Shown piece after piece: positions 16,184 to 24,725 of a stretch of 34,723 nt of DNA. A program made the translations under genes and the position numbers. Source of the DNA: Nitrospirota bacterium (GTDB lineage Bacteria > Nitrospirota > Thermodesulfovibrionia > Thermodesulfovibrionales > UBA6898); contig JAOUFP010000001.1 in assembly GCA_029858145.1 (NCBI GenBank), forward strand, positions 1 to 34,723. The letters are read 5' to 3'. Positions within the stretch are counted from its first letter, which is position 1. Every line of letters starts with the position of its first letter. The notes beneath the pieces were generated by a model. The model saw only the letters and a list, made by a program, of their open reading frames with translations. It was not told the DNA's origin and did no database searches.

Positions 16184-17248
16184 TCAGGTCTCTGCCCCAG
16201 ACCTGCCGGACTCTTCCTTCCGGCTGGTATGCCCGCCTCTGAGCTGTCCGCAGGCAGCGAGGATGTCCTGCCCCTTGCTCTCACGTATAAGCACGGTCAT
16301 GTTACCGTCTGTCAGAATTTTCTGAAATGCAAGAACGCTGAAACGGGAAGGCCGCTGCAAATCGCTCCCCTCATGCGGGTTAAAGGGGATAAGGTTCACC
16401 TTGCAGCGGATTCCCCTGAGAAGCCTTACCAGTCTTCGCGCGTCTTCAGGAGAATCGTTTACACCGGCGATCAGGACATATTCAAAGGTAATCCTCCTTC
16501 GCGGCTTGAGGGGAAATCTTCGGCAAGCCTCTATCAGTGTCTTTATCGGATATTTCCTGTTGACCGGCATTATCCTGTCGCGCACCGCGTCGGTAGTCGC
16601 GTTGAGCGAGACCGCAAGGTTGACATCCGGGGCCTTCCCCGGCAGTTCGAGTATCTTCGGCGCGAGCCCTGCTGTCGAAAGCGTTATCTTGCGCTTCGAG
16701 ATTCCTATGTGCAACACAATCCTCTTCAGCGCCTCGACCACCTCATCGAAGTTCGCAAGAGGCTCTCCCATGCCCATCAAAACGATATTGGAAATCTTCT
16801 CCGGGGCGATAAGCCTGTTGACGCTCAGGATCTGGTCCACAATCTCCCAGGCCCTGAGGTTCCTGATCAGTCCAGCGGCGCCGGTAAGACAGAAGCGGCA
16901 TCCCATCGCGCAGCCTACCTGTGATGATATGCATAAGGTCAGACGGTCTTTGTCGGGGATCAGTACGCTCTCGACGGTCTGTCCGTCTTCGAGGGAAAAA
17001 AGGAACTTCTCCGTCCCGTCAGAAGACCGCTGTCTTGCGACGACCACGAGGTTGCCGATAGTCGAGATCTCCGCGAGCCTGCTTCTGAGGTCTTTCGAAA
17101 ACTCGGTGATCTCATCCAGAGAGGTAGCGTACCGGGCGTAGATCCAGTTCAAAAGCTGGTCTGTCCGGTAGTTGGGGAGACCCCGCTCTTCCATGAAGCC
17201 GGATAGTTCATCCCTCGACAGGGTCTTCAAATTTATTTTTTTTGACAT
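16184..17248 (-). CDS. rlmN: 23S rRNA/tRNA (adenine-C2)-methyltransferase, radical SAM
   Basis: 354 aa with CAMGCRFCLTG (Cx3Cx2C), MGMGEPL, and a C-terminal AACGQL motif. Confidence 0.93.
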   Translation of the reverse strand: MSKKINLKTLSRDELSGFMEERGLPNYRTDQLLNWIYARYATSLDEITEFSKDLRSRLAEISTIGNLVVVARQRSSDGTEKFLFSLEDGQTVESVLIPDKDRLTLCISSQVGCAMGCRFCLTGAAGLIRNLRAWEIVDQILSVNRLIAPEKISNIVLMGMGEPLANFDEVVEALKRIVLHIGISKRKITLSTAGLAPKILELPGKAPDVNLAVSLNATTDAVRDRIMPVNRKYPIKTLIEACRRFPLKPRRRITFEYVLIAGVNDSPEDARRLVRLLRGIRCKVNLIPFNPHEGSDLQRPSRFSVLAFQKILTDGNMTVLIRESKGQDILAACGQLRGGHTSRKEESGRSGAET

Positions 17249-17280
17249 GGCCTTAAGAAAAAATTCCGGAGATCAGAGGT

Positions 17281-17862
17281 TTACTGCCTGGCCGTGCATC
17301 GGGGGCAGAAAAACTTCCCGCTGAACCACGGCGTCTCATGGGAAAATTCAGGGATGAGGTCGAGCAGCATCGGCGCGCTGCATAAGGCGCACCTGAAATT
17401 ATTGAGTTTAAAATCATCGGAAAGTTTCCTTGCGTCATAGGCGTCTTCCCGAATCTCTATAGTATATTGCGCGAAACTCTGTTCAGGGGGGCGCTGGCTC
17501 AGCACCGTCCGGATCTTCTCGACAACCTCATTCGGCTTCGTTGTAGACTTGACAATATACCCCGCTGCGCCAAGATTCAGCGCCTTTTCGACCTCTTCCG
17601 GCTGCCCTTTCGCGGAAAAGACGAGGACAGGGACACCGGACAAACGGGAATCAGTTTTGATGACCTGGAGGACCTTGAAACCGTCCATAACAGGCATCAT
17701 GAGATCAAGCAGCACGATATCCGGCTTTTCCCCGGAAAGCAGCTTGATAGCCTCCATGCCGTTGTCGGCAGTCAGTACCTGGAACTGCTCGAGCGTGAGC
17801 TTGTTCCTGTACATCTGCTGGACCGCCTTCGAATCCTCCACCAACAGTATTTTATTTCTCAT
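17281..17862 (-). CDS. Single-domain response regulator (REC) with a C-terminal CxxC...CxxC zinc-ribbon-like tail
   Basis: REC motifs LLVEDS, LLDLMMPVMDG, VFSAKG and YIVKS, followed by a ~70-aa tail containing CALC and CPRC 27 residues apart. Confidence 0.85.
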   Translation of the reverse strand: MRNKILLVEDSKAVQQMYRNKLTLEQFQVLTADNGMEAIKLLSGEKPDIVLLDLMMPVMDGFKVLQVIKTDSRLSGVPVLVFSAKGQPEEVEKALNLGAAGYIVKSTTKPNEVVEKIRTVLSQRPPEQSFAQYTIEIREDAYDARKLSDDFKLNNFRCALCSAPMLLDLIPEFSHETPWFSGKFFCPRCTARQ

Positions 17863-17984
17863 GGCAAAAAATGTAATCCTTCCGGCCAGATTATGTCAAC
17901 AAAAATACCTTCTCACCGCTATCCCCGGGATCGAATCATAATCCCTTATCTGATAAGGATACTCTGCAGACAAATCCCTCTGTT

Positions 17985-18413
17985 CTAAAGGATCTCTTCA
18001 ATCCTGACATTGAATGTCAGGTCCTTCCCTGCCAACGGATGATTGCAGTCCATGGTGAAGGATTTTTCGGATTTGCCGATGACCGTAATGTTCACCGCCT
18101 GGCCGTCAGCACGGTACATCTGGAGCTGCTGCCCGATCTCCGCGCTGAAGTTCTCCGGTGCGCGCGACCTGTCGAACTCAAAGATCATCTCCTCTTTCCG
18201 CGGTCCATATGCCTCTTCAGCCGGTATTTGTATTGTTTTTGTCTCTCCGACAGCCATCCCGATTACTCCCTGCTCAAATGCCTTCAGTAGTTCGCCTTCC
18301 CCCACCTTGAATTCCATGGACGCGCCATCTTCAGAGGTATCAAAAACTGTCCCGTCCTCAAGTCTGCCTGTATAATGAACCCTTACGGTATCACCTTCTT
18401 TTACCATAGCCAT
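17985..18413 (-). CDS. FKBP-type peptidyl-prolyl cis-trans isomerase (SlyD-like, with an IF insert)
   Basis: 142 aa with VHYTGRLEDGTVFDTS and a SlyD-like insert region. GGAAGGAG lies upstream of the ATG. Confidence 0.88.
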   Translation of the reverse strand: MAMVKEGDTVRVHYTGRLEDGTVFDTSEDGASMEFKVGEGELLKAFEQGVIGMAVGETKTIQIPAEEAYGPRKEEMIFEFDRSRAPENFSAEIGQQLQMYRADGQAVNITVIGKSEKSFTMDCNHPLAGKDLTFNVRIEEIL

Positions 18414-18612
18414 TTTTTTCTCCTTCCCTGATTTTCTTGATCTGCGGCGCTGCTGCGCACGGGCACTCCCGGGCCGGGCCGGGGATGCGATACTTAAAGT
18501 TCGTCAATTTTAACATACTTTCCCCACTATTATCTTCCCGGCCAAATGCTGCTTGGCTAAATATCCTCTCCGTGGCATAATAGTCAATCACCCCGTCTCA
18601 AGGGAAGGGGGA

Positions 18613-19575
18613 ATGCTTAGCGAGCAAGGAAGAATATTATCCCGTATTTCCCGAAAAAATATTGTTGGAGGTCGCAGGTTGAAAACAGCAGGGATTTTTC
18701 CCGGCCAGGGGTCAGAGTTTCCCGGAATGGCGGAACAGCTTAAGGAATACCCCGTTACAGGAGAGATTTTCTCCGTTATCAGCAAGATTGCCGGCAGCGA
18801 TATCTTGAAGCTCGCCCTTGAAGGGCCTGAGGAAGCTTTGAGAGAACCCCTGGCCGCGCAGCTTTCTGTCTTCGGCACGAGCGCATGTTACTGGCACCTT
18901 CTTAGGGAGCGTATCGTTTTTCAAGGTCTTGCAGGCTACAGCCTCGGTTTTTATTCAGCACTCTATGCCGCATCCTCGATCTCCCTGGAAGACTGCGTAA
19001 GGATCATCATAAAGGCAAACAAGGCTATTTTGGACATAACAGAGGGCACAGAGGGACTGATGGCCGCGATTATAGGCCTCAGGATCAGCGAGATCGAAGA
19101 TATATGCAAAGCTGCCGGAAACGTTTTTGTATCCAATATCAGTTCCGCCACCCAGATCGTTGTGTCGGGCATGCGGGATGATGTACGAAAGGCTTGCCAA
19201 AAGGCGCTGGCCGCCGGCGCACTCCACTGCAGAGAACTTCCCATACCTTTCCCGCTTCACACTCCCCTCATGACCGGTATCGGGGAAAGGCTGGAACCCT
19301 TTGTAAAGAGCATCGAGATAAAGCCGCCCGCGATTCCGGTCATAAGCCATATAGACAGCAGAATTTTGAAACTGGAGGATATCGCAGAGGTGATCTGCGG
19401 ACAGCTCACGAGAAAAGTAGCGTGGAAGGATACCGTAATCTTTTTTGCGGGGGCAGGGACAACCAGATTCCTTGAAATCGGCCCGTCCGATGTGTTATCA
19501 AAACTGGTCAGGTGGATAGTGAGGGATGCCGAGTCGGTGCATGCCGGGGAGGTGCTTGATTGCCAGACCGTGTAG
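18613..19575 (+). CDS. ACP S-malonyltransferase-like acyltransferase (FabD family)
   Basis: FPGQGSEFPGM, nucleophile elbow GYSLG, and HTPLM. The start is uncertain. ATG 18613 follows a purine-rich tract. TTG 18679, with GGAGG 7 nt upstream, would give a more typical short N-terminus (MKTAGIFPGQGS). Confidence 0.85.
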   Translation: MLSEQGRILSRISRKNIVGGRRLKTAGIFPGQGSEFPGMAEQLKEYPVTGEIFSVISKIAGSDILKLALEGPEEALREPLAAQLSVFGTSACYWHLLRERIVFQGLAGYSLGFYSALYAASSISLEDCVRIIIKANKAILDITEGTEGLMAAIIGLRISEIEDICKAAGNVFVSNISSATQIVVSGMRDDVRKACQKALAAGALHCRELPIPFPLHTPLMTGIGERLEPFVKSIEIKPPAIPVISHIDSRILKLEDIAEVICGQLTRKVAWKDTVIFFAGAGTTRFLEIGPSDVLSKLVRWIVRDAESVHAGEVLDCQTV

Positions 19576-20294
19576 CTCTCGTTACAGGCGGTACAAAGGG
19601 TATAGGAAAGGCAATAGCCCGCTCTCTTGTCAGTAAAGGCATACGGGTATTCATGAACTACGCCTCTGATGACAAGTCTGCCGAAGAGGCGCTGAACGAA
19701 CTCAATACCGGCGGAAATTACGCCCGGACCATAAAGGCCGATGTCTCCGACCAGCAGCAGGTGAATGAGATGATAGACGGGATAGTCCGGGAGACGGGCA
19801 GGATCGACATCCTCGTAAACAATGCCGGCATAATAAAAGACGGCCTTCTGATGCTTATGCCTGACAGCAACTGGCACCGGGTGATTGAAGTGAACCTCAA
19901 CGGGGTCTATTATACATCCAGGGCGGTCCTGCGGACGATGATAGGCAGCAGATGGGGCAGGATCATCAATATCATTTCACCGAGCGCGCTCCTGGGAAGG
20001 GCCGGACAGACAAACTATTCCGCTGCAAAGGGAGGCGTTTTGAGTTTTACAAAATCGCTGGCAAGAGAATCCGCGCGGTTCGGCATAACCGTCAACGCGG
20101 TCTCACCCGGCGTGATCGCGACCGGACTCACAAGGTACATGGACGAACGCGTCAAAACAGAGTTCCTTTCGATGATTCCTGCGGGAAGATTCGGGACCCC
20201 TGAAGAGGTCGCGCACGCGGTCCTGTTTCTGGCCTCGGACGAGGCCGCTTATATTACCGGTGAATACATATCCGTTGACGGAGGACTCACATAG
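19560..20294 (+). CDS. 3-oxoacyl-ACP reductase-like SDR (FabG family)
   Basis: TGGTKGIGKAIA, NNAG and YSAAK motifs. TTG start preceded by GGAGG. It overlaps the upstream gene by 16 nt. Confidence 0.9.
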   Translation: MPDRVALVTGGTKGIGKAIARSLVSKGIRVFMNYASDDKSAEEALNELNTGGNYARTIKADVSDQQQVNEMIDGIVRETGRIDILVNNAGIIKDGLLMLMPDSNWHRVIEVNLNGVYYTSRAVLRTMIGSRWGRIINIISPSALLGRAGQTNYSAAKGGVLSFTKSLARESARFGITVNAVSPGVIATGLTRYMDERVKTEFLSMIPAGRFGTPEEVAHAVLFLASDEAAYITGEYISVDGGLT

Positions 20295-20554
20295 TGGAAA
20301 AAGAAACGCTCATTGAAGAACTGAAGGCGCTCATCATAAAGAGCCTGAAACTCGAGGATGTCCTGCCTTCGGATATCGATCCCGCCGCGCCGCTTTTCGG
20401 GAGCGGGCTGGGCCTGGACTCGATAGACGCGCTCGAACTGGTCGTTGCGCTCGAGAAAACATATGGCATAAGAATACCCGACGAAGATGTAGGAAAAGAG
20501 GCGTTCGCGTCGCTCAGCGCGCTCGCCGGCTATGTCATAAAAAACAAGAAGTAG
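20294..20554 (+). CDS. Acyl carrier protein
   Basis: 86 aa with the LGLDSIDALEL phosphopantetheine-attachment motif. GTG start, sharing 1 nt with the upstream TAG. Confidence 0.88.
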   Translation: MEKETLIEELKALIIKSLKLEDVLPSDIDPAAPLFGSGLGLDSIDALELVVALEKTYGIRIPDEDVGKEAFASLSALAGYVIKNKK

Positions 20555-20561
20555 CGCTGCC

Positions 20562-20954
20562 ATGAGACCTTTTGAACATCTCCTTCACAGACATCCTTTT
20601 GTTATGCTCGACAGGGCAGAGGTAGTGGAGGAAGGAAGACATGCAAAAGGCATAAAACTTGTTAGTGCCGATGATCCCGCGGTATCGCAGGCAGGCATCT
20701 TCCCTTCCGCGTATGTCGTGGAGGCGATGGCCCAGACTTCGGGCATCGCGAGCGGGAAGGAAACAGGCTCGATGCTGGCAGGGCTGAAAGACATAGAATT
20801 CCGCGGCACTGTGCTGACAGGGGATACGCTGGAGACCGAAAGCATATTCGAAAGGAATTTCGGCGGGCTTTATTTCTTCTCCTGCACGGCATCCGTATCA
20901 GGGAAGAGGGTCGCGGAAGGAGGGGTGATACTCTACTTCGATGAAACAGCATGA
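20562..20954 (+). CDS. FabZ/FabA-like hotdog-fold protein, atypical (canonical GHFP His segment absent)
   Basis: HRHPFVMLDR and IFPSAYVVEAMAQ align with FabZ PHRFPFLLVDR and IFPGVLILEAMAQ. The segment between them is about 4 residues shorter and lacks the His. Confidence 0.75.
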   Translation: MRPFEHLLHRHPFVMLDRAEVVEEGRHAKGIKLVSADDPAVSQAGIFPSAYVVEAMAQTSGIASGKETGSMLAGLKDIEFRGTVLTGDTLETESIFERNFGGLYFFSCTASVSGKRVAEGGVILYFDETA

Positions 20955-21366
20955 AACGCGCCTGACAGTCAGGTTCAACGAAGTCGATTCCTATAACGTC
21001 GTATGGCACGGCCACTACCTCGGCTATTTCGAGGTGGGCAGGCTCGACCTCTGCGGCAGGTTCGGCATGTCGCCCGGCAACCTCGGGGTCCTCGGGCTTT
21101 TCGCGCCGGTGGTCGATATGCGCTGCAGGCTGCGCGCGTCCGCCAGATACGGGGACGAGCTTCTCCTGGAGACATCCGTTGTTCCCACTGAAAAGGCGAT
21201 GCTGATCTTCTCTTTCCGCCTCTACCGGCTGCCTGATATGCACCTCCTCGCCGAAGGTGAGACATCACATGTGCTCCTCAACCTCGAAAACAAGATGCTC
21301 TATGAGGTCCCTCCGGAACTGGCTTCGAGGATAGCAAAGATGACGGCGTATCTTGATGCAGAGTAA
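20941..21366 (+). CDS. 4HBT/YbgC-type acyl-CoA or acyl-ACP thioesterase (hotdog fold)
   Basis: 141 aa with VRFNEVDSYNVVWHGHYLGYFE, typical of the YbgC/4HBT class. It overlaps the upstream gene by 14 nt. Confidence 0.8.
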   Translation: MKQHETRLTVRFNEVDSYNVVWHGHYLGYFEVGRLDLCGRFGMSPGNLGVLGLFAPVVDMRCRLRASARYGDELLLETSVVPTEKAMLIFSFRLYRLPDMHLLAEGETSHVLLNLENKMLYEVPPELASRIAKMTAYLDAE

Positions 21367-23734
21367 ACTGCCCCTCATCCGGTCTTTCACAAAAAAACAT
21401 CCCCGGCTGACCCTGCTTTTGTCGGCATTCGTCCTCATCGCCGCGCTCTCGATCATTTCAGGGGCGAGGTTCGATACTGACGTGACGAGGCTCATCCCCG
21501 TGCACGCGGAGAAGACCGCCCGCTACTTCTCGCTTCTCGAGACCTTCGGGGGCATGGAGAAGACCTACCTTGTTTTTTCTTCGGACAGCATCATGGACCA
21601 CACGGACACGATCGACGCTGTCGGCAAAGAGATAACATCCTCGGGGCTCGTGCGCAGCGCTGAATGGAAAATCCCTGAAGCAACAAAAAAGTTTCTGCGG
21701 GAGGTCTACGCGAAAAAGGCCCCCCTCCTCCTTTCCGGGAAGGAGATGGAGGAGTTCACCAAACGCCTCTCTCCTGAAGGCATGTCGCGTGAGCTGGAAA
21801 AGACACGGCAGCGTCTCACACTGCCCGGCGGGCAGGAGCTGCTCGCGCAGATAGACCCGCTGAATCTGTTCGAGATCTTTTCCGGCCATATGAAATTCTC
21901 CGGCACGCCCTTTGATTTCAGGTCAGGCTATTTTCTCACGCCGGACGGCAGGCATGTCGTCATGATCCTCACGCCATTGAAATCACCCCGGGACATCGCG
22001 TTTTCAGAAAAGCTCGTCGGACGTCTTGAAACGATACTCGGGAAATACGCAAAGGAAGGGCTGAAGGCGGTGATAACCGGAAGCCACGCGATCACCCTCC
22101 ATGAGGCATCCGTAATGAAATCCGAGATTGTCACCAATATCATCATGTCCCTTCTCGGCGTGGCCCTCATATTCCTGATCTTCTTCAGGTCGCTGAAGGG
22201 GCTTTTGTATGTCATGCTCCCTGTCTCCACTGCGATTGTAACCACCATGGGAATGATGCTGGCGGTCACCGGAGCTCTTTCGGAGATCACCGGCGCCTTC
22301 GCCGGGCTCATCACAGGCCTCGGCATAGACCTCGGGATCGTCCTCTACGTGAGATACCTGATCAATTCCAGCGCATACGCGGACAGGGCAGAGTGCATGG
22401 ATAAAAGCATATCTGACGTCTACAGAGGGATCACCACCGGCGTGATCACCACCGCCCTCACCTTTTTGCCGATGGTCTTCTCTTCGTTCAAAGGGATACG
22501 CGACCTCGGCCTGCTGACCGGCCTCGGCATGATCTTCTGCTGGGTCTTTCTCTTCGGCCTCTTTTCCTTGCTGATCAGACCTTCAACCGGGAAATTCGTG
22601 GAGATAAAGGCGATAGGGAAACTTGCCGCCAGGGCATATAACAGGCCCTATTGGGTTATTTCCGTTACAGCGGTCATCACCCTCCTGCTCGTGCCCTTCA
22701 TCCCCCGCGTCCCTGTAACCGGAGACATAACAAAGCTCGGCACGACAGACAATAAGGCACGGCAGGCTCTCGAAGAGCTGAAGGAAAGCTACCTTGAAGA
22801 GCAGGGGGTCTTTATCATAGCGGGCGCGGAAGACCTCGAATCGGTCCTCAGGAGAAGCCTTGAGATAAAAGAGTCTCTTTCAGGAAAAATGACCGGTCTC
22901 TTCGCGGCAGGAGACATCCTCCCTCCTCTCTCCCGGCAGGAAGAAAACCTGCGCGTTCTCTCTTCTCTGGACGCCGGAAAGATCGTCCGGGACTTCAACA
23001 GAAAGGCGGCTGAGGCAGGGTTTGACGTCAGGGCCTTCGGAGCCTTCACCGAAGGGTTGAAAGGCATGCTTGCCAACAGGGCCCCCGTCACCGTCAACGA
23101 CCTCGAACCGGTCAGGGACGCGATAGAAAAAATACTGGTAAAGGACAGTCACGGGTGGAAGACACTCATAACCGGAAACCTCAGGGAAGGCGCGGCGCTC
23201 GGGAATTACCCCGGACTTGAGTATACAGGGCCCGCGTTCATAAAACAGGAACTCCTTCACATCCTGAAAAAAGACGCGATTGTCATCAGCATCATCGGCC
23301 TTCTCCTCGTGAACATCGTCCTTTTTATCGATTTCAGACGCCTCTTTTACGTCATCCTCTGCCAGATCCCCGTGTTCTTCGCCATCATCTGCGTGCTCGG
23401 CATTATGGGCCTTTCGGGCATAAGCCTGAACTTCATGAACGCGATCGTCTTCGTCATGCTCGCGGGAATCGGGACCGACTATACCGTACACCTCCTCCAC
23501 CGCTATCTGACTGACCGGGACATCAGCGCTGCCTTTCTCCAGACAGGAAAGGCGGTCCTCGTCGCAGGACTTACCACGCTCGCGGGGTTCGGCACCATAG
23601 GCTTTTCCTCATATAAGGGGCTTGCGACCATGGGCCAGGTCGCGGCCATCGGGACGATGCTCTGCGTTCTTTTCTCTTTAACTCTCATCCCTTCCCTGTT
23701 AAAATTACATGAGAACATTTCCGGCAAAAGATGA
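21356..23734 (+). CDS. MMPL/RND-superfamily exporter
   Basis: About 790 aa, with two blocks of about 6 TM helices, each preceded by a large soluble loop. It resembles the predicted exporters found in aryl-polyene and hopanoid type lipid clusters. ATG at 21356 (the ORF track begins at TTG 21353). It overlaps the thioesterase gene end. Confidence 0.85.
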   Translation: MQSKLPLIRSFTKKHPRLTLLLSAFVLIAALSIISGARFDTDVTRLIPVHAEKTARYFSLLETFGGMEKTYLVFSSDSIMDHTDTIDAVGKEITSSGLVRSAEWKIPEATKKFLREVYAKKAPLLLSGKEMEEFTKRLSPEGMSRELEKTRQRLTLPGGQELLAQIDPLNLFEIFSGHMKFSGTPFDFRSGYFLTPDGRHVVMILTPLKSPRDIAFSEKLVGRLETILGKYAKEGLKAVITGSHAITLHEASVMKSEIVTNIIMSLLGVALIFLIFFRSLKGLLYVMLPVSTAIVTTMGMMLAVTGALSEITGAFAGLITGLGIDLGIVLYVRYLINSSAYADRAECMDKSISDVYRGITTGVITTALTFLPMVFSSFKGIRDLGLLTGLGMIFCWVFLFGLFSLLIRPSTGKFVEIKAIGKLAARAYNRPYWVISVTAVITLLLVPFIPRVPVTGDITKLGTTDNKARQALEELKESYLEEQGVFIIAGAEDLESVLRRSLEIKESLSGKMTGLFAAGDILPPLSRQEENLRVLSSLDAGKIVRDFNRKAAEAGFDVRAFGAFTEGLKGMLANRAPVTVNDLEPVRDAIEKILVKDSHGWKTLITGNLREGAALGNYPGLEYTGPAFIKQELLHILKKDAIVISIIGLLLVNIVLFIDFRRLFYVILCQIPVFFAIICVLGIMGLSGISLNFMNAIVFVMLAGIGTDYTVHLLHRYLTDRDISAAFLQTGKAVLVAGLTTLAGFGTIGFSSYKGLATMGQVAAIGTMLCVLFSLTLIPSLLKLHENISGKR

Positions 23735-24435
23735 GGACCATGCCTTTGACCGAGCGTAACATCTGCTGCGTAATCCCGGCATATAACGAGGCAAGAAGAA
23801 TTTCTTCCGTGATCAGAGGCGCCAGGGAGCATATCAATGACGTCATCGTCGTCGACGACGGTTCGGGGGACGCTACCGCGGAACTGGCTCAGAAGGCGGG
23901 CGCATATGTCCTCAGGCATGATCTGAACCGCGGGAAAGGCATGGCGCTCAGGACCGGCTTCTCCCATGTAATGAAAAGAGGCTACCGGGCGGTCTTGACA
24001 CTCGACGCGGACGGACAGCACGATCCTTCGGAGATACGGAAGTTCCTCTCCGCGTTTCAGGAAAATTCAGGCGATGTCATCATCGGGTCGCGGCTCTGGG
24101 ACAAGGCTGCGATACCCCGTTACCGCTACATCCCGAACCAGATAGGGATATTCTGCATATCAAAGGCAGCCGGCTGCAGGATAGAAGACACTCAGTCAGG
24201 GTTCCGCCTCTACCGGAAAGAGGTGCTGGACGCGTTAAACCTTGTGACCACAGGCTTTGAAACCGAGACGGAGATACTCATTAAAGCAGGGAAGAAAGGC
24301 TTTAAGATCCATCACCTCCCGGTATCCGCAATTTATCACAGCGACTACACAACCAATTTCAGGCCTGTCAGGGACTTTTACCGCATAAGCATTCTGGTCT
24401 TGAAGCTGGCCTTTTCAGGAGAAGCAAAAGGGTGA
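23731..24435 (+). CDS. Family 2 glycosyltransferase (Dpm1/GtrB-like)
   Basis: CCVIPAYNE, VVVDDGSGD and LDADGQHD motifs. ATGA overlap with the exporter gene. Confidence 0.88.
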   Translation: MRTMPLTERNICCVIPAYNEARRISSVIRGAREHINDVIVVDDGSGDATAELAQKAGAYVLRHDLNRGKGMALRTGFSHVMKRGYRAVLTLDADGQHDPSEIRKFLSAFQENSGDVIIGSRLWDKAAIPRYRYIPNQIGIFCISKAAGCRIEDTQSGFRLYRKEVLDALNLVTTGFETETEILIKAGKKGFKIHHLPVSAIYHSDYTTNFRPVRDFYRISILVLKLAFSGEAKG

Positions 24436-24441
24436 GATCCG

Positions 24442-24681
24442 ATGAAAGACAAATCGCCAAACCCGGGAATCTCTTTTTTTCCATCCGGGCAAGGGCGGCT
24501 TCCCGACGAACCATATAATACAGTGCTCTTTTCTGATTGCAGGGTTGAAAATATCTACTGGGACAGAAACAAATTATTTATTGAATATTCTAAATTACAA
24601 AATAAACACCCGGATAAAATCAGGGCAGAATTAAAAATGAATCCTCCTGCCCGGGCGACGTTGATTGAGATTAATCCCTGA
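24442..24681 (+). CDS. Hypothetical 79-aa protein (last gene of the operon, AT-rich)
   Basis: ATG 6 nt after the GT2 stop. I recognise no motif. The central part is visibly more AT-rich than the neighbouring genes. Confidence 0.45.
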   Translation: MKDKSPNPGISFFPSGQGRLPDEPYNTVLFSDCRVENIYWDRNKLFIEYSKLQNKHPDKIRAELKMNPPARATLIEINP

Positions 24682-24725
24682 AAGGGCGCTGCGCTCATAC
24701 CGTCGGGCATTCGGCCTGCCCGCTG

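Noticed and set aside
17887-17957. tRNA-like appearance: GGGAT-CGAATCATA-ATCCC resembles a T-arm, and CAGATTA / TTATCTG could form an acceptor stem about 70 nt apart.
   Set aside because: No D-arm or anticodon stem can be drawn, the loop is 9 nt rather than the canonical 7, and the acceptor pairing has a mismatch. The right part is better explained as the 17944-17958 palindrome.
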